Assembly: GCA_025454425.1 (NCBI GenBank) | Contig: JALOOL010000161.1 | Location: 1 to 12,534 of the forward strand | From: Hydrococcus sp. Prado102 | GTDB lineage: Bacteria > Cyanobacteriota > Cyanobacteriia > Cyanobacteriales > Microcystaceae | DNA: 12,534 nt | Reading direction: 5' to 3' | Shown: piece by piece, positions 6,763 to 12,534 of the stretch | Layout: the number at the start of each line of letters is the position of its first letter | How positions within the stretch are numbered: position 1 is the first letter of the stretch | The notes under the pieces: generated by a model | The model's input: only the letters and a program-made list of their open reading frames with translations | Databases searched by the model: none | What the model was told of the DNA's origin: nothing | Position numbers and translations under genes: made by a program

Positions 6763-8084
6763 TTGGCTTTTCTAGAAGGCGATCGCACATATCTTAACAA
6801 CTTCCCTGCACCGAGAATCATTAATCCCGTCACAAGGCTTGGTTCTGGCACAGATTTAGAACTGCCTCCCCGTCCCTCTTCGAGCAAGGTTGTCAAGATG
6901 GGAATGACCGGATTAACATCGTTTGGTGGCTGGCTATTTTGCAAGCTGACAACCGTAATATCTCGTTCGGGAAAGTAGAACATAAAAGCATTATGCCCTG
7001 GCGCATCGCCGCCGTGTCCAAATCCCCTTCCCAAACCAGGAATAAGAGGATCGAAATCGACACTGTATGCCCCTAATCCATAACCAATTCCAAAAAACTC
7101 ATCTCCAGTACGGTTGAAAGTTAGCATTTGATTGAGGCTATCCTGAGAAAGCAATTCGCCGCCAAAAAGTGCCCTAGAAAACCGACTTAGATCTTGAGTG
7201 TTGGATATCATCGCACCAGCCGCCCATGCCCATGACAGATTAAGGGCAGTGACATCATCAAGGCTGCCATCTCCATCAACATCTCTGTAACCGTTGACGA
7301 ATCCACCAGGAATCGCTTCTTGGGCAAAAAAAGTATTGTTTAGCTTTAATGGAGTGAGGATGCGATCGCGAATTTCCTGGGCCAGATTAGAGCCTGTCGC
7401 TTTTTCGATTACCATTCCCGCTAAGATAAAACCCGTGTTAGGATAAACCCAGCTTGAGGAACGCGGCTTATTATAGGCGTATTGCACTATCTCTTCTGGC
7501 TGCCACTCTCTTAACGGATTGTTGAGGATTTCTTGGTTAATTAGACTGTCAGCGTCTAGGAAATTGTAAATGCCGCTAGTGCCATTCAGAATTTGTCGAA
7601 TTGTCACGTTTTCACCATCTGAGATATTAGCAGCAATTTCAGGCAACCATTGACTTAAAGAATCGTCTAAACTCAATATTCCTTCTTGAGCCAGTTGTAG
7701 TATTGTCGTTGCGGTAAAGGTTTTAGTGACGCTACCAATCGCAAAGCGATCGCTTGGAACAACAGGAGTTCCTGTTGCTAGATTAGAAACACCGCTAGCG
7801 CCAAACCAACTTCCTTGAGGGGTGACGATTCCGACGCTTGTACCAGGGGGAATGTTATCTTTAACAGCTTGGTCGAGTGTCGTCTGGAATTGGCGGGTAA
7901 GTCTGTCTGGTAAGGTATTGGTGGATGATAAGCTATTTGCAGCAACAAACTTGGAATTGTCGGTTAAAGTTGCTGAGTCAGCATTAGACGGCTGACTCAG
8001 ACACATTGCTAAAGCAGCAGCGATTGTGGCAGTTGTTTGATAGACAAATTTTAGATTAACGTTGGTTTCTCGATTGAATGTCAT
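6759..8084 (-). CDS. Serine hydrolase of the beta-lactamase/transpeptidase-like fold with a C-terminal PEP-CTERM anchor
   Basis: Track start 8162 is TTG. The ATG at 8084 gives MTFNRETNVNLKFVYQTTATIAAALAMCLSQPSNA, a signal peptide. It has the SxxK active-site motif (IGSVTKTFTA), a YxN-like motif (VYPNTG) and an HGG motif. The C-terminus VPEPSLVTGLMILGAGKLLRYVRSPSRKAK is a canonical PEP-CTERM. Confidence 0.8.
   Translation of the reverse strand: MTFNRETNVNLKFVYQTTATIAAALAMCLSQPSNADSATLTDNSKFVAANSLSSTNTLPDRLTRQFQTTLDQAVKDNIPPGTSVGIVTPQGSWFGASGVSNLATGTPVVPSDRFAIGSVTKTFTATTILQLAQEGILSLDDSLSQWLPEIAANISDGENVTIRQILNGTSGIYNFLDADSLINQEILNNPLREWQPEEIVQYAYNKPRSSSWVYPNTGFILAGMVIEKATGSNLAQEIRDRILTPLKLNNTFFAQEAIPGGFVNGYRDVDGDGSLDDVTALNLSWAWAAGAMISNTQDLSRFSRALFGGELLSQDSLNQMLTFNRTGDEFFGIGYGLGAYSVDFDPLIPGLGRGFGHGGDAPGHNAFMFYFPERDITVVSLQNSQPPNDVNPVIPILTTLLEEGRGGSSKSVPEPSLVTGLMILGAGKLLRYVRSPSRKAK
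6761..6825. repeat. Direct repeat copy B (the functional PEP-CTERM TM plus basic tail coding sequence)
   Basis: See copy A at 5960-6026. Confidence 0.6.
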
Positions 8085-8172
8085 AAAAACTTTTTGATGC
8101 GTAAATATTGAGTAAGGAGAGCGATCGCACTTCTCGTACACTAAGCGATCGCCTTGGCGCAATAAATAGCAT

Positions 8173-8208
8173 CAAGTCATGTCAAATTTATGACTAAAGT
8201 CATGTCGA
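8173..8208. promoter_or_regulatory. Putative operator cAAGTCAT-gtcaaattt-ATGACTaa-AGTCATgtc in the divergent region upstream of HK2
   Basis: Two AAGTCAT half-sites and one ATGACT half-site form an inverted pair with a 9-nt AAATTT-centred spacer plus an extra direct half-site. The architecture and ~70-100-nt distance to the ATG are similar to the HK1 site. Confidence 0.4.
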
Positions 8209-8274
8209 TCTAGAAAGAATTTGTCGTAAGATATTTGTCTAATTTAATCAAAAAACTCGATCTCCTAGAGAATC

Positions 8275-9495
8275 ATGGACGAGCGCACCGTAGCTTTCTC
8301 TTCTATCCCTCGAACCGTGCGTCGTGTGGAATGGATGATTTTAATCGTGCATTTTTTAGTGATTCCCTGTCTTCTATTTCTGAATCGCAACGTTGCTTAT
8401 CCAAAACCGCTAATTCCGTGTTGGTTAGTCTTTTTTTTACTTGCTGGTTGTACTTGGTTGAGTTTTTTCTTTCCTATCGATCGCCCGCTTTGGCAAAGAC
8501 GATTATATATTTATTTTGAAATATTTTTACTGACTCTTGCTATTTTTATGGGTTGGGGTCTTCAGTTGTTACTGTATTTTGTTTTTGCAAAAAGTTGCTT
8601 TCTACTCAAGCAAAAAGACGTAATAGTAACGGTTATTATCACTGGGATTATTTGGCATTTTTGCGAAATTCAAGAATCGCTTTACAAAGCCCCTAAAATA
8701 ATAGAGTTTTTACGTTTGCACGCCGCTCAAATATACGAACCCCAACGAATTATTTTTGGCATCGTTATTAACAATGGCGGTCTTTATTTAGCCACTAGTA
8801 TTTTTGTGATTTTGTTTAGCTATGTTACCCTTGCAGAACAAAAAAGCCGACAGCAAGCGGAAGCTTTGATGAAAGAAATGGAAACTTTAGCGGCTAGACT
8901 AGAAAGAACTCGCATTGCTCGCGATATTCACGATTCTCTCGGACATACCCTTACTGCCCTCAACGTTCAAATAGAATTAGCTCAGAGATTGCATTCTCAA
9001 GATCGCGATCGCACCACTCAAGTGCTTAATACGGCTAAAAATATTGCCGCTCAAGCCTTTCAAGAAGCGCGTCGAGCCGTATTTACTATGCGAGAAAAAG
9101 ATTTTGAACTAAAAGACGCGATCGCAAGTTTAATAAAGCCATTTCAACAAAATCAATTTATGAAAGTAGAAATTAATTGGAATTTACCTCAACTTTCCCT
9201 ACAAACTAGCCACCAACTTTACTGTATCGTGCAAGAAGGACTAACTAATATTCAAAGGCACGGTAGAGCTTCCCAAGTCGAGCTTTTCGCTCAAACAATG
9301 CCAACAGAAATCGTTTTAAAAATTATAGATGATGGGATTGGTTTCGACTTTAAAGCCGTGACTTCTGGCTATGGATTGCGAGGAATGCACGAGAGAGTTC
9401 AAATGCTTGGAGGAGAAATTCAGATTGCTAGCACTCCTGGTTTGGGAACCCAAATTCAAGTAAAAATTCCTTTTGAAGAAGGCAGAAGGGGATAA
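8275..9495 (+). CDS. Sensor histidine kinase, HisKA_3 family, six-TM intramembrane sensing; paralog of 1021-2193
   Basis: ATG at 8275. Shares the N-domain motifs RTVRRVEW, RPLWQRRLY and F(V/I)(F/L)AKSCFLL with HK1. H-box is ERTRIARDIHDSLGHTLTAL. HATPase motifs QEGLTNIQRHG and DDGIGF...GYGLRGMHERV. It is AT-richer than HK1. Confidence 0.85.
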   Translation: MDERTVAFSSIPRTVRRVEWMILIVHFLVIPCLLFLNRNVAYPKPLIPCWLVFFLLAGCTWLSFFFPIDRPLWQRRLYIYFEIFLLTLAIFMGWGLQLLLYFVFAKSCFLLKQKDVIVTVIITGIIWHFCEIQESLYKAPKIIEFLRLHAAQIYEPQRIIFGIVINNGGLYLATSIFVILFSYVTLAEQKSRQQAEALMKEMETLAARLERTRIARDIHDSLGHTLTALNVQIELAQRLHSQDRDRTTQVLNTAKNIAAQAFQEARRAVFTMREKDFELKDAIASLIKPFQQNQFMKVEINWNLPQLSLQTSHQLYCIVQEGLTNIQRHGRASQVELFAQTMPTEIVLKIIDDGIGFDFKAVTSGYGLRGMHERVQMLGGEIQIASTPGLGTQIQVKIPFEEGRRG

Positions 9496-9594
9496 GAAGG
9501 AAAAGAGCCTTGTTTATCTGTGTCGTCTAGGCTCGGAATAGAAGAAGAAACAGATCTGTAAGATCGAAGACACGCTAGATTAAAAAATTCTACT

Positions 9595-10248
9595 ATGATT
9601 CGACTTTTGCTAGCAGACGACCAACCCTTATTTCGTCAAGGATTAGCATCTCTACTGTCGCTAGAAGAAGATTTAGAGGTAGTAGGCGAGGCAAATGACG
9701 GAAATGAAGCGATCGCGCTTTGTAAGCAATTGCAACCCGACGTAATTCTCATGGACGTGCGGATGCCGATTTGCGATGGAGTACAAGCGACCCGCGACAT
9801 CCATAAACGTTTCCCCTGGATGCGGATTTTAGTGCTGACGACGTTTGATGAGGATGAATACGTGCTGCATTCTTTGCAAGCAGGCGCTTTGGGGTATTTG
9901 CTCAAAACTACGCCATCTGTTGAAGTAGCAACAGCGATTCGCAACCTACATCGAGGATACAGTCAACTCGGCCCGACGATTGCCCCGAAAGTATTTGCTC
10001 AGTTAAATTCGATTCCCTCAACGCAAAAAAACCCATCTCAAAACGATTTTAGCGATCGCGAAATCGAAATTTTAATTCTACTCGCTCAAGGAAAAAATAA
10101 TCGCGAGATAGCATCTTTACTTCACCTAACCGAAGGAACGGTGAAAAATCACTTGACTAATATTTTCTGTCAATTAGGAGTACGCGATCGCACTCAAGCA
10201 GCACTTTGGGCGCAAAAAACATTACTGTCTTCTCTGCCAAATTTCTAA
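9595..10248 (+). CDS. Response regulator, NarL/FixJ family; paralog of 2196-2834 (about 70% aa identity by eye)
   Basis: ATG at 9595. The REC domain MIRLLLADDQPLFRQ...DVILMDVRMP is near-identical to RR1. The LuxR HTH is DREIEILILLAQGKNNREIASLLHLTEGTVKNHLTNIFCQLG. It lies 99 nt downstream of HK2. Confidence 0.9.
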   Translation: MIRLLLADDQPLFRQGLASLLSLEEDLEVVGEANDGNEAIALCKQLQPDVILMDVRMPICDGVQATRDIHKRFPWMRILVLTTFDEDEYVLHSLQAGALGYLLKTTPSVEVATAIRNLHRGYSQLGPTIAPKVFAQLNSIPSTQKNPSQNDFSDREIEILILLAQGKNNREIASLLHLTEGTVKNHLTNIFCQLGVRDRTQAALWAQKTLLSSLPNF

Positions 10249-10265
10249 TTTTTGGTAGGGACAAA

Positions 10266-10293
10266 GTAGAGACGCGATATATCGCGTCTCTAC
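10266..10293. terminator. Perfect 28-bp palindrome GTAGAGACGCGATATATCGCGTCTCTAC between convergent genes; candidate bidirectional terminator or stability hairpin
   Basis: Read directly from the sequence. It fills most of the 48-bp gap between the RR2 stop (10248) and the SPFH stop (10297). No clean U-tract follows on either strand, so intrinsic termination is uncertain. Confidence 0.4.
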
Positions 10294-10296
10294 AGC

Positions 10297-11883
10297 TTAC
10301 TGACGATTAATCCGAATCAATTCGGTCAAAATACTATCTAAACTTCCATTCACTTGAATGCGATCGATTTTTTCTGCAATCCTCTCTAACACCTCCAATT
10401 CTTTTAAACGTAAAGCGACTGGGTTATCTTCCATTACTCTTGCAGTATTCAACATACTGCGAGTCGCTGCGGTTTCTTCTCTGCGTCTGACTACGTTTGC
10501 TTGAGCGGATTTTTCGGCTTCTACTACTTTGCTCAAAATCGTTTTAATCTCGCCAGGTAAAATAATATCTTTTACCCCGACAGAATCTACTTCAATTCCA
10601 TAGTCTGCGGTTTTGGCGCGGATGTATTCGGAGATACTCGCATCAATTGCACCTTTATTTTCCAATAAAGCATCTAAAGTCTGTTCCCCAACTGCTGCGC
10701 GTAACGCAAACTGAAGTTCTTTGTACAAGAAATCAGCAACATTGGACAGACCATTTTTTGCTCTGAGTGCATCTTGGATGCGGAAACCAGCAGTTAAATT
10801 CAAGCGCAGAGGAACTTTATCCTTCGAGAGAATATCTTGACCGGAGACTTCGATATTTTGCAAGCGCAAGTCAAAGACTTCGGTTTGAAAGGAACGTCCA
10901 AACAACCACCAAGCATGAATTCCTGGCTGTAATTGCGTTTGAAATTCTTGATTGACGTACAACAAACCTACGTGTTGTGCGGGGACTTCGCGAATATGCA
11001 GGCTATTACGACTCAGTAAGACGACTTCTTGAGAACCTGCAAGCAATTCTGACACCAAATTCGCTGGTAATTTGGCATCGTTGCTGATGTCGATAACTTC
11101 TACTTCAACACCCCGCCAAAATAGTTTGCGGCTGGTTGGTGGCAAAATAGCAATAACTTTCCCCAAATACCGTACAATTGCGACTTGCCGCTCTTGTAAT
11201 CGCACGATCGCGCAGTATGCTGCTACAAAGTCGGGATGTTTTTCAATTAAAACATCTTCAAGGGGAAAGTCAGGGTTGGGGACGATGCGGCCCAGAGTCC
11301 GTACCGCAACATCTCTGTTGACAGACCAAAAGGCATATTCTCCAGGTTCTAAAGGACGCACAAAGTTATTTTGCACGTATAGCAAACCGATGTCCGATTC
11401 GGAGATTTGGAATTTTTTTAAGCCATTTAAAGGAATACCGCGCAATTGTTCGACAAACTCAGCAGGTAATTCCAAACTCTCTTCTAAATTGAAAATATGA
11501 GATTCTACCTCAATAAAACCGCGCCAAAACGCGCGCAGTTGGTTAGGTGGAATGCTGACCCAACTTTGACAGCAACGGACTAAAGCAGTTTGGTTGAATG
11601 CGGTTCTAACGATTGAGAGATAGGGTTGCAATTCGGTTGCATGAGTTCTCAACAACAACTCTAAGTTCTCGATCTTAGCCTCTGGCTGGTTGAGATCGTA
11701 GGTTTTTACGCACCAATGGCGACCAAAATAGGTGTAGGTTCCAGGTTGTAAGATTTTCTTAAAATCGCTGCGCTTGTATAAGATTCCGATTTCATTAGGC
11801 TTGATATAAAAAGTGTTCCACATAGAAAATTGCATAGAGAATTTGGGCATTTGCACCCGACGCAGAAGATTCAATAAAAACAT
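10297..11883 (-). CDS. SPFH/band-7 (stomatin/prohibitin-like) domain protein with two extra N-terminal ~130-aa repeat modules
   Basis: ATG at 11883. The C-terminal ~230 aa form a canonical SPFH domain starting VGLLYVNQEFQTQLQPGIHAWWLF...QDILSKDKVPLRLNLTAGFRIQD, followed by a coiled-coil tail. Two upstream modules each begin with the same SPFH-start hairpin: IGILYKRSDFKKILQPGTYTYF and IGLLYVQNNFVRPLEPGEYAFW. Both end in LRAFWRGFIEVE / RKLFWRGVEVEV. Confidence 0.8.
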   Translation of the reverse strand: MFLLNLLRRVQMPKFSMQFSMWNTFYIKPNEIGILYKRSDFKKILQPGTYTYFGRHWCVKTYDLNQPEAKIENLELLLRTHATELQPYLSIVRTAFNQTALVRCCQSWVSIPPNQLRAFWRGFIEVESHIFNLEESLELPAEFVEQLRGIPLNGLKKFQISESDIGLLYVQNNFVRPLEPGEYAFWSVNRDVAVRTLGRIVPNPDFPLEDVLIEKHPDFVAAYCAIVRLQERQVAIVRYLGKVIAILPPTSRKLFWRGVEVEVIDISNDAKLPANLVSELLAGSQEVVLLSRNSLHIREVPAQHVGLLYVNQEFQTQLQPGIHAWWLFGRSFQTEVFDLRLQNIEVSGQDILSKDKVPLRLNLTAGFRIQDALRAKNGLSNVADFLYKELQFALRAAVGEQTLDALLENKGAIDASISEYIRAKTADYGIEVDSVGVKDIILPGEIKTILSKVVEAEKSAQANVVRRREETAATRSMLNTARVMEDNPVALRLKELEVLERIAEKIDRIQVNGSLDSILTELIRINRQ

Positions 11884-12410
11884 TTACAGTTTCGGTTTTA
11901 AGATTTAATTATTTGTAGTACGTTTTTTTCTCTTCCCTAAACTCTATTTGTCTGCCCCCTAGCTCTAACATCGGAGATGAATTATAGTAGATTTTAGCGA
12001 CAAAAAAGAGCTTTATAATCAAATTATACTACACATAATACAAAATATTTTTCTACTCCGCCAGTACAGGTGTCAACAATTCAGGTGCGGGTTTTCATGT
12101 TCTTCAAAACTGGATTAAGAATGTATGTCTCTTCTGTTGATGACCCAAAGGACATCGCGAGAAGATAAGCAGCACTCAAATATGCCGTTCGATGCCAGTT
12201 CCAGAATCCCCGCAGAGAAACGGATTTGGACGACGAAGGGACATACTCAAGTTAGGAAGACTACAAAAGCGCTGGCTCCTCAACTGCTATACAACACCTG
12301 CATGACAGAGTAATAATATTGATACCGGAAGTATTGGCTTTCACCAACACCCACCGCGAAGTAAATTGCCTTGTCCCAAACAAGGTGCCCGTACCCAGGG
12401 CGAGGGTTTT

Positions 12411-12485
12411 TGGTGAAAAGTACAGGAGTCGAACCTGTGACAGATCGATTATGAGTCGATTGCTCTACCTCTGAGCTAACTTTTG
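12411..12485 (-). tRNA. tRNA with CAU anticodon (elongator Met or Ile2 type), CCA encoded, with a C1·C72 mismatch
   Basis: Manual cloverleaf fold of the minus strand: CAAAAGT-TA-GCTC-AGAGGTA-GAGC-A-ATCGA-CTCATAA-TCGAT-CTGTC-ACAGG-TTCGACT-CCTGT-ACTTTTC-A-CCA. It has U8, G18G19, U33, A37, A58 and a T-loop TTCGACT. The acceptor stem is AT-rich and its first pair is mismatched. Confidence 0.6.
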
Positions 12486-12487
12486 GG

Positions 12488-12534
12488 AATTTGATACAGG
12501 AGTTGAACCTGTGACGCATCGGCGATACACCGAT
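12488..12534 (-). tRNA. Partial tRNA-like gene (3' portion), only 2 nt upstream of the previous tRNA, with a non-canonical anticodon loop
   Basis: T arm ACAGG-TTCAACT-CCTGT plus acceptor 3' strand ATCAAAT is clear. The anticodon arm ATCGG-TGTATCG-CCGAT lacks U33 and a purine at 37. The gene continues past the window edge. Confidence 0.35.

Noticed and set aside
5993-6978. ORFs 5993-6223(-), 6162-6398(+), 6461-6682(+) and 6763-6978(+)
   Set aside because: All overlap the 246-aa gene or the hydrolase gene in other frames, with Arg/Ser-rich low-complexity products.
8235-8519. 94-aa plus-strand ORF overlapping the HK2 start
   Set aside because: Out of frame with HK2, whose start is supported by paralog alignment.
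9636-9944. 102-aa minus-strand ORF inside RR2
   Set aside because: Antisense shadow ORF with a Ser-rich translation.
10767-11500. Plus-strand ORFs 10767-10955 and 11072-11500 inside the SPFH gene
   Set aside because: Antisense to a gene with a clear SPFH domain, and no motifs.
12369-12410. tRNA-Pro(UGG)-like 5' half as a functional tRNA
   Set aside because: There is no T arm or 3' acceptor strand within a plausible distance. It is at best a degenerate array remnant, noted only in the tRNA-array finding.
12411-12485. Interpreting the CAU tRNA as an initiator tRNA because of the 1:72 mismatch
   Set aside because: The anticodon stem lacks the three consecutive G-C pairs of initiators. The mismatch is C·C rather than C·A. 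It is more likely an elongator or array-type variant.
12125-12519. ORFs 12125-12313(+) and 12280-12519(-)
   Set aside because: The minus-strand one runs through the tRNA genes. The plus-strand one has no RBS or motif and sits in a probable non-coding region.

Overview
This is probably a cyanobacterial window. The octamer GCGATCGC (HIP1) recurs dozens of times, intergenic regions are AT-rich, and PEP-CTERM tails are present. Two paralogous two-component systems dominate it. Each pairs a six-TM, HisKA_3-type intramembrane histidine kinase with a NarL/LuxR-type response regulator (1021-2834 and 8275-10248). One pair is GC-richer than the other. Each system sits next to a divergently transcribed gene for an exported or surface protein. 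The other genes are a signal-peptide protein, a CPBP (Abi/CAAX) intramembrane protease, a fasciclin-domain protein, a beta-lactamase-fold serine hydrolase with a PEP-CTERM anchor, an orphan PEP-CTERM fragment, an unannotated 59-aa Rmf/CrpP-like ORF, a FlaR-like P-loop kinase, and a 528-aa SPFH/band-7 protein with tandemly duplicated N-terminal modules. The window's 3' edge enters a tightly packed run of atypical tRNA genes on the minus strand. The most interesting signal is a palindromic motif, AAAGTCAT-N8/9-ATGACTTT, found three times. Each copy is centred in a divergent intergenic region upstream of HK1, HK2 and the Rmf-like gene, which suggests a shared, probably autoregulated, regulon. Several six-frame ORFs come from TTG codons that the track translated as Met, so I re-set those starts to downstream ATGs.
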